62,370 nucleotides of DNA, filler included, from Choristocarpus tenellus KU-1152 (GCA_964200185.2; 8 parts of 8 records of this genome joined end to end with filler, not necessarily neighbours in it), one strand, 5' to 3'. Counted from the whole stretch's first letter, positions 1 to 13,359 are shown. Notes: a model not told the origin generated them from the sequence alone. Program-made: numbers and translations.

Positions 1-699
1 CCCCCCCAGATACTTTGGGTCACAAGTGTATAATTCCAGTGGTTGAACCCTTTCGGCACAGGTCATATCCTCAAATGTGTATATCTTTAACAAATACATT
101 TTTTCCCTCCTGATATTATTTGTTGAAAAGGGAAAAAGAATTGCTGACTTTCCTTCCATAATACGGGCGATCATTTGACATTTGATAGTTAACACAGGAG
201 GCCTACATATAACGCCCCTATATTTGTTCTGCGCATGCATGCATTTTGCCCACAATTACACAAGACCATTTGATGTCCTCTTGCTCCATCCTAAATGCTG
301 CATCCGTAGCCTGGGAACCAACATATCACAAATATACCGGAGAATATATACAAATAGAATGAATCATACTGTACTTTTTGTCAGTCATATCTCAGGTTTC
401 TGCTGTTTAAAGTTTTATAATTTTTGGATTATATATCTTGTGGAAAAGAGTACAGGATCTGTTACATGATGGTCATTATTTTACCATTGGAGTATTTCTT
501 GAGTTATTTTTACACATGTGCTACATAGTGTAGCATCTTACTATGTGTGCCTTGTCTAATGGCATACAAAAGCTAGGTATTAGCTGGGTAACCCACTCCA
601 CTGCAATGCTGTAATGCTTCGATTATTATTTTAGGTCAACCCAGGAGTTCTAAAGCTAGCAAACGGGTCACCACGCCTCCTGAGGGCGACCACCAGGAC

Positions 700-1970
700 T
701 CTACCTACCAAACACACAAGTAACCTGCCTATAGGCATGAATGCAGATGGGGACATCCCATGCAGGTTTTGTGACAAAAAACACACGAGGAACTTGTTTC
801 CCAAACCAATTATACATATTTTGTATTCTCCTCCTGCAAGTGCCAAGTGTGTTGAGGGCTTTCGTATGTAATACTGCAACTTGTTACACTTCTGAGCATG
901 CATGGCCGTGAAAGAGGATTGTGGACCATTAGGAATATTATCAATACGTCGGACTCTATCAATCTTAAGCAAGGATCCTATTGTCTGAGTGATATCTTGA
1001 TGCTCTGCCAACCCCATAAGATGTAGTTAGTTGTTTTCTACCCCTGTGGTTGGAGTGTGTTGGATAGGATGTGTGTGTGTGGGTGTTGATTGGATGGGCA
1101 ATGCTTGAGGAGGCACAGGGTTGTTGATTTTTTTGACCTGAGAGGGCAAGCAAATCTCCATTTATGGCAACCTGCAATTGCAGCAGTGATGGAAAATTCT
1201 CAACCTCATCCCGAGAAGTGTTTATTTACACTTTCTACATGTATCATGTCGATTGAATGAAAGTATGCTTGGCGTATTTCAGGAGGGCCTCTTTCACGAA
1301 ATAGTGTGTATCAATGAGTCATAGAACTATTGAGCACCATCTTCTACTCTACTGTAATACCAATCTACTATGATAACTTCTAGAGAAAGGCGCTTGTCAT
1401 CCTAGCAATGTTGATCCTACAAAGGCTGGTGCACTCCCTGACCACTCGAAGGTGCCACAGGTGCTCGTATATTGAAATCCCAAGGTTGAGCATTGACCAA
1501 TACAGCGTACACAAATCACCACCTTCCATCATATGTCAGTATCGATTGTGTGCATGTGCTTACATCTAGTCTGAAGAACTCCAGATATTCAGCACTATCA
1601 GTAGCATTTTTGTAAAATGTCCTCTGTAGTCAACTCTTTCGTAAATCTTCGTCAAATCTTTAATATAAGGAAATGTGTGTGTGTGTTGCTAGGATCAGGG
1701 CAATTCCTCTTGATAAAAATGTATCCCTTAAAGCTGTTCTGATTTTGATGGTTGCATTTGGTATCAGGAGGTATCCTCGTATCTTGGATACGAACAGATG
1801 AGGAAAGGTTTGTGAAAATGATCACCATTTATTGCTACTCAGTGGTTGAATACTCTGATGTCAACCATCCAAAAATCGAAAAAGTTGGAAGTACTTTAAC
1901 CAATACTTTGCTATACTTCACAATGCCTAGGTGGAGTACTTACGCCGGAGGATTGAGCCAACTGTTGTGA
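700..1970 (+). mobile_element. Degenerate Ty1/copia-like LTR retrotransposon remnant (gag knuckle and integrase fragments)
   Basis: Stop-riddled fragments: PCRFCDKKH (~757-790, zinc-knuckle-like), SIDCVHVLTSSLKNSRYSAL (~1540-1600, resembles copia integrase D..GP....S..G.RY) and WIRTDEERF...VEYSDVNHPK (ORF 1752-1970, resembles integrase IRTDNGGEF...EY.A..TPQ). No LTRs recognised. Confidence 0.4.
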
Positions 1971-2221
1971 AGGGTAAAACGATGAGCTGTTGTGTCCCAG
2001 TTGGATTGTACGCCTTGTGGTCATCATGGTCGGTTTAGCATGTGACCCCCCCCTCCCTACCATTGTATGCGTGTATTTTGCGGATGTGCAGTGAAGGAGT
2101 ACGGGATTTGAACACCGAAGAGCTTCGATCTATCACACATAAGGTGCAGTAGGTTGTGTATCGTTGATGATATGCTTTGTCTACACATTTTCCCCTATTT
2201 TCTAGTATATTTTTTCTCTTC

Positions 2222-5200
2222 ATGTACACTTGTGCTCACTTTATGCGGACGGGGACCTGTGCCTATGGTTCAAACTGCTCCTTTCGGCACATTTCCAATG
2301 TAATGTTCTGGTATTGTTTTGACTTGACACAAACATTTGCCCTGGAGTTCTTTGCTCACTATGGGTTTGCTTTACTATCCTGCTGCTACATAAAGCACAC
2401 TCTAGTTCACCTCCCCCTGTGGTGTGATCCGAGTGAAAATATCTTAGAGGGTACGAGTTTTCCCCTGTTTGTCCGTTTGGGGCTTGACTTCTAACGCTTT
2501 TTTGTGACGTTTTCCTACTCCAAAATGTTTCAGAGTAGGTAAAGTGTATACGCTATGAAAAGGCGTTTCCGGAACAAGTATATTGACACTTCCTAACAAA
2601 CAAGATGATAGCATGATAGCAAGAATCACATCAAAATCGGAATATTGGATTTTTTCCCCCAAATGGACGTGGCTCTACCCTCTAAGATACTTTGACTCAT
2701 CCCACCTGCTGCCAATGCTCCCCTTGTAGACAGTCAGCACTCTGATTTCCAAGCAAGCCATCATCTCACTTTTCCTTTTATACTCTCCAGTTCTAGTCAC
2801 ATTCCTCGTCTCCTTCGACGGCCTGCAAAATTGCAGTAAACTCATACCACCTACGCCAGCTTTCCATTCTGAACTTCATATAGAGCAGGATACAGTTGCA
2901 ACAAATAACAAGTGTAAGGTATGAGGTTGATACAAGGCGAAGGTTGGACATAGTGTGAGAGGTGCTAACGTTAGTTCATACCTTCATATGTACAATTGCA
3001 TTCTCTCTTGAGGGACACTTAGACAATAGTTGAGATGATATGGCCATAGGTCAACCTACTGAGAGGTAGGCAGGATTGCATGTTAAGGATCCCAAGAGAG
3101 AACAAGAATATCGAACTTTCTACAATCGAAAAAAAGAGTCTTTGCTGAATTGTGGTGTCGCTTTGTGTGTGTGGAAATTGGGAATGTCAATATAGTATCC
3201 ACTACAATACACATACACCACTTAAATACAGTGTACTGCATAGGATAAGAAAAATTAGGTAGAATGTAATAGGGTCGAAACCTCCCTACCTTTCAATCAA
3301 TTTTGGTTCGTCTTGTCTACTCGGTACACGCAATACACCACTTCAAGGATATTGTTAAGTGAAAGTATCTTAGAGGGTACGAGTTTTGCCCTGTTTGTCA
3401 ATTTGGGGCTTGGCTTCCTATGGGGTTTTTTGTTACATTTTCCTACTCCAAAATGTTTCGGAGTAGGTAAATTGTATACGCTATGAAAAGATCTGTCGGG
3501 AACAAGGATATTGACACTTCCTAACAAACACAATATCCAAAATTTAATCAAAATCGGAACATTGGAATTTGTCCCCAAAATGGACGCGGCCCTACCCTCT
3601 AAGATACTTTGGCTCTGTTACTACATTGAACAAATAGCAGCAGCATCCGGGGATCCCACCCATCTCCTCACTTACAACTGCTAATGTGTGAGTGTGTGTT
3701 GTGTGTGTGTATGCTGTGTGCCCCTCTACCCTCCTACCTCACGTGCTGTTTGACACAGGACAAAGTTTTGGATGGTGCTCTTGAGGAGAACTCAAGGATT
3801 TCTGTTCTGCCAAGGCGTTACAATGCTCCCCCCTGCCGCTTCTATGTTAGAACAGGTGTGTCAAGTGCATAAGTAGCTCTTGACATTTTCAGGGGTCCCC
3901 ATGGTTGGGGAGACTGCAGTAACAACCACGGTTGTGTCACAATTACATTTCGGTTGGGAAAATATGAACCGTTGGTGGTCTATACGCTAACCCTATTGTC
4001 GGAAACCTATAAATTGACTGTTGGCAACCATGGAGGTGTTGGAAAATCGCGAACTATCAGCATTCCCCTTACTGTACCATGTTCACCATGTGTTCCTTTC
4101 ACCCTACCATACCCTAACCGTTCAAACAGTATAGTTTAGAACAATGGCAGTGCTGTCCACTTGTTCCAATGTCGTGACCGTAGAATGATTCTACCTTCCA
4201 GTAGTGATACACTTTCAAAAAAATACAAGAATACAAATGTAAGAAAAACATACTGAAGTAGTTTAAATGGATGGTATTACTCCATACATTATTATGCCTA
4301 ATGACTGTTTGCAGACTGTACTTCTCCTGTTTTTCCATTAAATCTGTCATAAATATGTATATACTACGTAGTATTATATTATATTATTAATGTGCTTGGT
4401 CACACTTCTATATTTACTGAATATATTATTAATTGATTTTGTATTATTTGTATTAGGTTGATTTTATATCCTCAAGAACTGTGCACAAGGGAAGTTCATT
4501 TACAATGAGGTTGGGGGTTGTGTTTTGAAAGAGGCTGTCAATATTCCTTTGAGATACATATTCTCCATCACTCCACAAATATCTCTTTTGAGGTGCTTCA
4601 TCGTTTCAAGGTAGAGACATCGTGCAGGTGGCCACGAAGGGGCCTGACACTGATTGTTGGGATTTCTCCCTAGTTCCTCGCCTGCCTTTATAGGCTATGC
4701 TGCGATCGTAGCAGTATGCAAATTATCTACTCAGAACACCACAAACGCAACAATGGCCTTTTGTGACTTTTTCAACATATGTTAAGGTCATAAATAAGGA
4801 TAATATTTTGTCGGAAAAATTACACAATAAGAAGCCGATGAAGTAGTAAAGGTGGAATGGTGTAGACCCTTGTTTTTTTTCTGGATTGGTATATTGTTGT
4901 ACAGTAGCGTGTATCAAAGCATGTAATAGATTAGTATCACAAGCGCCATCTAGAGGGCATGCTATGCACTTTTATATGTACACCTTTGCACCAAATGTAA
5001 GGGTGATCTAATATATCCCCACATTGCGAAGATTTCGATTGTAGTGCTGTATCTTTGGTTGAAATAGTTCAACCAGAAACGAGTCCTTGGGTCACCAAGA
5101 GTAGAGAGCTACACAAGAAGAGGAAATGGTTGATGCAGTGAGACTTCAAGGGACTTTTGACCTTACACTTCATCTGGAAGCCTGGCACCCCAGTGCATCA

Positions 5201-5435
5201 ATGCACACTAGGCACTCAATATTGATCCAAGCTATGTGATGCTGTTCAATTGTTCAATTGTGCTGTAATTTCACTCACAACCATTTGCTGTATCCTCTCC
5301 ACAACTTGCTCACACATCTTGCCCTTTTCATTTTTGTCTGAAGGAAAGTGTGCCTATGGCTCAATGTGCCGGTATGACCATCCCCCAGCAACACATCGCA
5401 CCTATGGCCAGAAGCCAGACTTTCTGGCCACATGA
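2222..5435 (+). CDS. Tandem CCCH (C-x8-C-x5-C-x3-H) zinc-finger protein; exons 2222 (or 2206)-2299, 3759-3855, 5344-5435
   Basis: GT/AG-bounded exons join in frame: MYTCAHFMRTGTCAYGSNCSFRHISN|DKVLDGALEENSRISVLPRRYNAPPCRFYVRTG|KCAYGSMCRYDHPPATHRTYGQKPDFLAT*. Two perfect CCCH fingers, the second split by an intron. 5' end uncertain. Confidence 0.8.
2431..2698 (+). mobile_element. MITE family A, full copy (intronic)
   Basis: ~23-bp TIRs gagtgaaaatatcttagagggta / taccctctaagatactttgactc; 4-bp TSD atcc on both sides. Confidence 0.9.
3357..3615 (+). mobile_element. MITE family A, full copy (intronic)
   Basis: Aligns with 2431-2698 end to end; TSD tgtt. Confidence 0.9.
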
Positions 5436-5701
5436 CACTTTCCCTTCCACACATTAAATGGATGCACCATTGCCAGTTGCTAGCTCTGTTGTCAGTACAC
5501 TTCCACCAACATATTTTCATCAGAATGAGCCCAAGGCGGGGACCAAGATTGTGGTACATAGAGACAAATGAACTGGGCAAAGTATTTGTATCAGGGGTGA
5601 GGTCAATTCTGAAGTCTGAACTGGCTCCCTTCGCTCTACAGTTCATACTAGATGGATGATTCAAATCTTCTGCAGCATCAGGGAGCCATTCTTCTTCTGA
5701 A

Positions 5702-5772
5702 GAGTGAAACTATCTTAGAGGGTACGATTTTTTCCCTGTTTGTCCATTTGTGGGGCTTGGCTTCCCATGTTT
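5702..5772 (+). mobile_element. MITE family A, truncated by contig end
   Basis: gagtgaaactatcttagagggtacg... matches the family A left end. Confidence 0.85.
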
Positions 5773-5872
5773 NNNNNNNNNNNNNNNNNNNNNNNNNNNN
5801 NNNNNNNNNNNNNNNNTTAATTAATTAANNNNNNNNNNNNNNNNNNNNNNNNNNNNNNNNNNNNNNNNNNNN
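5773..5872. other. Artificial contig linker
   Basis: 44 N + TTAATTAATTAA (stops in all six frames) + 44 N. Confidence 0.98.
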
Positions 5873-6065
5873 TTGTTTTGGGGGGGGGGGTCGGGGGGGG
5901 GGGGGGGGGGGGGGGGCCGACACCAGGGCGTCAATGTGGGCCCTGACCAGGGGAACAGCATTTATATTATCCATCCAACACATGTAGCAAAATAACCCAA
6001 AAATCCTGATATGGAAAAATGGGCCCCGAATGGACAGCCGCCGCACACACCCCATACTTTGAGCC
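5873..6065 (-). mobile_element. MITE family B copy at contig start
   Basis: Poly-G followed by the reverse complement of the family B body (cf. 56442-56625), ending ...atactttgagcc. Confidence 0.7.
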
Positions 6066-6540
6066 TTGGATTAGTTTGGTGCCAAGGGTGCAATACTTTC
6101 TGCTTTGTTATTTACAGTAATTTGGGTTGAGATTGGAAAAGCTTAAATTAGCTGCCTGTAAACCCACATGGGAGTCTCAAATAAGAGACACTACAAGAGT
6201 TTAAGCAGCAACAAGTACTGCTTGTTTCCCTGCTAGTGGAATGACTAAGTCACAGGAAAGTGCAGGTATGGGGAAGGAATGGGTGAGATAAACAAGCAGG
6301 AATTCAATAGCATACTGAATCACCTGGTATGGTTTTCCATTCTTAAAAACTCACTTCATGCGCATTCGAAGACAAAAGGGGAACAGGACCCCCCCCCCTG
6401 CCCCAATACTTTCTTGATAACTCTGGAGTATTTTTTTGTTGGTTTTCTGGTTCCTGTTCTTTCCACTCCTTTCCTCCTCCACACTTTGATCCAACGTATG
6501 ACATCGTTTGTGCACTTCCCATTCAATCAACTTCTGGTAC

Positions 6541-9500
6541 CTGCACTGTGTAACGAAATGTCAGGGTAGATGTTCCGTTGCCAATATAGTAGACTGCAGC
6601 TCCGTCCATGCCACCTGTCTCAAGGAGCATCTCTGGGGAGCCGCTCTTATCTACAATAACTGGCCCTGAGAAAATCACCTGCATTGCAAAGGTAGGGGCA
6701 TGAGTGGAGGTGCTTATGACAGGTTAGAGATGGGATTCCGTGAGTTAACAAGAAGCAGGGCTGTTTGTTTAGACTTACAAGGAGTATAAAGGAGATACGT
6801 TGGGTGGTGCAATCAAGCTGATACAGAAACATTACAAAACTCAGCCTGACTATACTTAAAAATGTTAGCATCTAAAGTGGACAGCAGTCATACTCAAAAG
6901 TAATAATGGCTATTCATTCAAACGCACAGAATATGGATCCAGCTTCTTTCATTGGTTCCATTCCGTCACATTTCAGGGGTAAGCCTTGCAGAATGTGTCA
7001 GCGCCAAAATCAGCTGAGGTCATGGAGTGAACTGTTTGCACCATTGCTCTACCCTCAGGGTATCAGCTCCACTGTGAGGGAAATGAAACAATGCCCTCAC
7101 CTTGAAATATATTCGCTGACCTGCCCCGTATGTTCCACCGAAGGTTGTACCTGTCACGTTTGTGACTGTAGGGGCAGGGGAACAATCTATTACAACAGGA
7201 TCCCCTGATTCACCAGCAAGGATGGGTGAGTAGTCCGGATTTCCTCCCTCTCCTTGCTGTAGTGGTAGGGTGAGGTCCACTGCTTGGGAGGGCCACGTGG
7301 ATGCTCGCTCTATGGTGGATCCATTTAGGAGGAGACCATTTGTGCTGTTAAGGGAAAGGCTGGATGCCACATCCCCACTCTGTTCTCAGTTAGCCACGGT
7401 ATAGAGTAGACAACAGAGAACTAAGTTTTTTTGTGTTAATATAGACATTACATACAATTACCTACTTTCCAATTTCTACTATCAGGAGCATTGCATGTGC
7501 AGTTACATTGATTAATACATGTATCTGAAATGAAGATAACTGCTGTTAAATTCACCTCGTCCCTAACCAATATTATCTCCTGATATATCACATCTTCTGT
7601 GCTACAGAGTATTACATTGCCTTTTTTGCTATGCATGTTGTTGAATGGAGGGAGCAGCTTACAGCTTGTATCTACTATGTTGACACACTGCGCACAGTCC
7701 CTCCTACCTGGAGAATGTAGATGAAGGAGAGGAGTTCTGTGTCCGGAATAATCACATTCGAAGCATCAATGGCAGGATCGAAATCGATGAAGCAGCCCTA
7801 ACAGGAAACAACATCGAGGAGAGTCGTGTCAACAAGATTGAAGGGGTAGGGGAAGTTTTCAATAGCAACGTTTAAACCAATAAAATAATCTGTTTGTTTC
7901 ATTGAGCCAATAGGATGTAATAGTCCTGCAATACAATGTACCCCCTTAACCTAAGTATTGGCAAGACAGGAAGAGTCATTTGGTAAAGGACAGCAGTAGA
8001 AGGATCATCATATATTTTACTGAAGTACTGCATTTCAACTCCAGATTGAATGGTTTCTAAGTGGGAGTGTACAGTTGTGAATACAAAGTAGGTAAGTGAC
8101 TTGTGCCTGAATATGTTCAACCTTTTTCTCCGAGGTATTGTTGTATTTGGACTCAATGTAAAATGGTTGTAGAAGAAAAGCACCCAGAGTAGGTTGTTGG
8201 TGACATGACTCACATCGGTGACATTAGTAGGGATAGATATGCCTAGTGGCATGCCTGCCTTGAACCTGACGGTGAAGCGGAACCCATTTCCTTTATCCTC
8301 CCTTTTCACCCAATCCACACCAATCAAGCCAACCTAAGTGCCGTGGAGAAGTTACAGGCATTGTTTTGCGAGCTTCTTGGCATGCAAGCTTTATCTACAT
8401 TTGCTTCTGTGACTGCTCTGAGGGCAGCCTTACGCTATAGCGAAAATATCTAAGCGTCTGGGGGTGCAAAAGCAGACCTTGCTTCAAGGCTATGTCAACT
8501 ACTCATGGTTCATCTTTTGCTGGAGGCAGCAAAGCACCAGGTACAAAACCTTATTTTAGTTAACACTGAAGAGACAAGGGAACAAAACATTTGAGACGGA
8601 AAAGTTGAGTGAAGGAGGCAACATACACTCCTACTACCCTACCTCAGCAGATGAAACAAGATAGGGGTACAACAACTTGAAGGAGTGATACCTCATCCAT
8701 TTCCTCCAAGCGAGACTTGAAACTGTAACCTCCAGCACTGGATTCTGCCGAATTGACATCGATGCATCCTGACAGCTCATTCCCATATTGCAGACGGAAG
8801 TGACCCTGGGTTACAGGTCTTGTGGTGGGTGGGGTAAAAAATAATCCGTCAGACAGAAAACAAACAGAGGTGCTTTGGTTAACTTGAGCTAGACAATATG
8901 TTGCTATCAGCTGGGCAATACATTAAATGGATGCTTGACGCCACCCAGCTCGATTTTCGTCACATATGAGATGGACTTTTTTTGACAAAAAAAAGTCATT
9001 GGCTTGAGTAGGGCAATCAAGTAAGGAAGATTTTGCTCTTTGTTCAAGAATCTGGTATGTATCAGTCATTCAATGAACATATCTATGTTTGGAGTAGGGC
9101 AATTATTTTGAATTAACAGTGTGTATCCTTGCTCGAGAAAGAGGAGGAGAGCTACCAGGAGGGTAGGAGAGATACTGATGAAAATCACAGGGATCTTCTT
9201 ATCCCCTTACCTTGATGCACCAACACCCACATCAATGAATTGAGTGAGCCCAGGTGTATACTCTGCCATCCTTTGTCCATTATCTGCCACATTGGTCGAA
9301 GCATTGGTCCCCAAAGTTGCATTTGCTGATTGGTTCACAAACAATTTGTCGAGACTCAAGAGTAAGGCTGGGCTTCCCAAGGTACTGTTGACGTGGACAT
9401 CATCCGTGAAGTGCACCACAACCTTGATGTAATGCGCGAGTTAGAATCAGTGCATTTTGGAGGATTGCGTGTGAAGGCGGCTCAGGGAATTAACAACTTT

Positions 9501-11226
9501 TGGAGGCAATCGAGAGGAGAGTCAATGGTCTATTTGGAGCATAGGGATACATTTTTTATGCACCACTCCAGCCAGCCTGTAGCCTACCTTCAAGCAATAC
9601 AGCTACATAGTGGGATACTCAAACTGTAAAAGTCATTAATGATGGATCTGACGGTCTCAAGGCCATGGTTCATAATCAAAATTTAGCTCACTGAAGTAAT
9701 TGCCCAATTCCATGACCACAAAAGCAACATCATGGAAGTTGAGCCATGGGTGCTGTTCAAAAGGTCCACCTGAAAATAAGTCACCACACCACAACACATC
9801 ATTGGCAAAAAACAATATTCTCATAACATTTTACGACCTTCAACTGCACCTCAATGCTCCCCTCCTGCATTCCCTTAGAAGAGTCCCGGTTCACAATCAC
9901 ACCAGACTTGTCGCATTCAGTACTGTTAGCACGATCACAGTGCATCTCCTCGCAACCATCTAGCTCCACCATCAGCTCTTCCACCGCAAGTGTTGGCCGC
10001 ATGAAGGATAATGAAAACCTGCGGGCACCATCACTAAATGGTGCTTCCTCTTCATTGACTGTGACATTGAGAAAGGCATTGGCTGACTCTAATGCTGCTT
10101 CTAGCACACTGGAGTTTAGCACTGTGACATTGACCGGGATGCAGCTGGTGGTGAAACCTGACGACCCATACACCAGTTGAAACCCACCAGAAGTTAAGGC
10201 TGGGGAGCCATAGATGTCCAGAGTCTGCAGTAGGCTGGAGACACCACGAGCTTTCCCATTACCATAGAGTGTTGAGACTTTGGTAATGGAAGGAGGAGTT
10301 GTCTGGAGGGTGAGGTGGCAAGTAGAAATAGAAGGTGACATGTGAATTGGGGACTTGGGAAAGAAAAGCATTCCTACCACATTCGAAAAATCAACACAGG
10401 CCACAGTGTGGTTCCAAGAATTGGTCAAGTTTCCATCTTATATAAAGGAATCAAGAAAACCAAGTTGATCAACTCCTCCCTGATGGCATCCCTGGCTTGG
10501 GCAACCTACTGTGGAGGGAACAATTGGGGACAGGTTGTCCCTCTATCTCATTGAAGGACAAACCTCAATCCAAATGTCACTGTTGAACCCTAAGGAACCC
10601 GGCCGACCATTCACAGGAAGCATCAGAGATACATTCTGTGAGGGGTTGGTCGAAGAATGCAATATTGACGTAGTGTTGCCTCCAGCAGTATTATTTCCAG
10701 GCAGTTCCAACCCGAATGGTGATGTGTAGTCCAAATCTGATGAATAGTCCCCTGAAGGGAATAACAGGAGGTGGACACAAGGAAAAGGAAGCAACTTCAA
10801 ATCAATATGGTCACTCAAATTTCTGGTGGGAATGTAAGCTGCAAGATATGTAGTGATGGTATTTGCTTCAATTTGTGCAGTGTACGTTTGGGCTTCTACC
10901 AATCTCACAGTAGCAACCTTGCTATTATTGAACCATCACTATAACAACAGAGTGTCTGCTATAGGTTTTCCTTGATTGAAATCCCATTGCCACACTCGCT
11001 GTATTCTTCTTCACATTGGCCAGGGTAGCCATCTGCACAAGAAATTCAATTTCTTTTCAATTTCTTTTCAATCTCTTTTCAATCTCTTTTCAATCTCTTT
11101 TCGGCAGGCTCCTTATCTTGCTGTTGCTCCCCTAATCTTCCATGCACCTTTCCTACACACTGTAGTTGTTGATCATACTCCCCCTGGCTGATCCATTACT
11201 TCAATCATTTTCATGTGGGATAACCT

Positions 11227-11293
<67 letters not shown>

Positions 11294-11356
11294 ATACAAA
11301 CAACATAACCACACCAACGCTCTTCCTTTTATTTTATTATCCCGCCGCCCCCCGCC

Positions 11357-11390
<34 letters not shown>

Positions 11391-11394
11391 TTCT

Positions 11395-11428
<34 letters not shown>

Positions 11429-13212
11429 ATTCCTTCTACAATAGTCTCACCTTCAGTAATTTTGTACAAGAACTCAAGAGTATCTGTTAGGTTGGAGTGC
11501 ATGCCCAGGAAGAAAGCATAGCTGTCCTCATTGCCAAGCTCAAGCCAAAGATGAGGGACCCCCGTCACCGTCACTGGGGAATCGAAAGTAACCAAGATCC
11601 TCAGTTCATTTCCCACTCCGTACCGGCCATCTCTCAGGACAGAAGTGACATTGGTCACCACAGAGAAACTGGTAGATGAATAAGCAGGTTGTCATATCAA
11701 CACACAAGGCAGGTCAAGATGAAGCAAAAATTAGCAAGTAATGTGTTGACCAACTTAGATAGGAGGGGATATGGCGTGTAAGATCAGTACAGACCTTAAC
11801 ATATTGTATCTGTGGCTCATGGCAATAACACATTCCTACCACTATGTAGGTATCTCTCCCACATAGAAAAATATAGACATACTTCAAGTTGGGTGGCGGA
11901 AAGTCTACCAAAGGAAACAATATTTTAGAGCCCAATTCTTCCTAACATTTTCTTGCCATCATTATCCAGTATTCTAAAGCATGGCAAAGAGCTTTTCTGG
12001 GGCAGTAAGAAAGAACAACACAAAATATTTTTTTATTATTTTCTGTTCCATTTATTCCTTGACCATTCAGGGAATGAAAACTACACTGATCATGACATTA
12101 CGAAGACCACAACTGTGCCGCAATCCCAACGCAATGTAGTGAGCATACTGTCAACACAGAGACTATTCATTGCAGCACACCTTCCTCTGTAATGGCAGAG
12201 CAGTCTTGAAGAGCTGATAACACAAAGTCTTGCCACCATGCATTTGCACAATGTAGGAAGTTTTGTTTATATCATCACAATTCAAATCAGTTTATCGTGA
12301 GATTTCCAACTCCAGTGTATAGACGGTTCAGGACAGCAGCTACAGGTAGCAACTACTCACTTTGTGTCCACAATGATATCTTCATTCTCTCCAAGACTCC
12401 CATAAGTCCCTGGTTTGGGTAGTGTGACTACTGCTGATGCTCCCGTCGCCAAATCAAAGACCACACTCTGGTTGAGCTGAATGGTGGTTGTCTGAGTAAC
12501 ATCTTCAGCGTAAACATCGATATCCAGATGTTGAGACTCGTCGCCATCTCCCACTACATACAAAAAGGCAAGCTGGGAAGAACTGTTTCCGCCAGTATAG
12601 ACAGCATGTCCTCCACTGTTCAATAAAATGTACGGGAGGCCATCATGTGTACTTCCAGTGAAATGTAACAGAGCAGAACATCATGAAGACCGAGGAAGTG
12701 GGCACAATTGTTAGAATCTTGTCACTTTGGTGACTTCAAGTGTACCAAGGCATGATCAGAAGTGGGGACAGGGCAAGAAACAGAGTGAAAGGGATAGGAA
12801 AGAGGGGATAAAGGTTATTGTCCCAAGTGATGTCTAGGGCTAGGGTTAGGTTGCTCTTGCAATGAATGTATCCCCACAAAGCCATTTCTATTTCCAAAAC
12901 AGCCATGTTTTCACAAGGACTGGACAACTCATAGTTCAGACTCTCAACAACCCCTCACCTGTTGACCCCAACTCGACCTGAAAAGGTAACTAAGACTGGA
13001 ATGTTCTGACCAACCCCATAGGTGCCATCCACAAGGGTGCTGTTAATGGTGGTAACATATGGGACGCTAGTGTCCAGTACAAGGGCAGCCATGGCTGCAC
13101 TCAGACTTCCCTCACTCCCTGGGGAGGGCAGAGTCAGGTCCGCATCCATGACAGGTTTAGATGCAACGCGGCGAAGATACCCAACAACACCTGCATTCTC
13201 AACATCAAGGGC
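6541..13212 (-). CDS. Internal fragment (11 exons) of a giant extracellular repeat protein with bacterial adhesin-type Ig-like repeats
   Basis: Exons 12959-13212, 12361-12651, 11451-11668, 10564-10751, 9850-10302, 9211-9422, 8692-8818, 8214-8333, 7708-7797, 7101-7379 and 6541-6678 all have AG/GT ends and join in frame. The repeat consensus P.V..V....DG.YG.G..I...V.F...V.V.G.P.L.L......A.Y..G..T..L.F.Y.V..GD...LD......LNG......LTLP.PG..GSL.....I.D recurs about 4 times. Many N-x-S/T sequons. Both ends are cut by contig gaps. Confidence 0.88.
11044..11102. repeat. 11-12-bp minisatellite (ttcaatYtctt)n, intronic
   Basis: About five tandem copies. Confidence 0.8.
11230..11428. repeat. Long poly-C tracts in an intron
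   Basis: Runs of C, the longest over 60 nt; true lengths may be unreliable. Confidence 0.8.
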
Positions 13213-13359
13213 CTGACCAGCAAAAGCAAGGCCAGGGGGTGAGCGGGGGTGGAGTATCCTCCCTTGAGATTTACATGTTGGTTGCTCTTTTTATGTTTTG
13301 GACTGGGAGGTGCAGTAGGAATGACCCAAATTATCTGGGAGAGGGGGGGGGGCCTACAC

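Noticed and set aside
182-469. Upstream exon of the CCCH gene
   Set aside because: No donor in the phase needed to join the acceptor at 2205, and no recognisable motif.
11166-11444. Poly-proline ORF (extensin/formin-like)
   Set aside because: Translation of intronic poly-C tracts on the strand opposite the repeat-protein gene; tract lengths may be sequencing artefacts.
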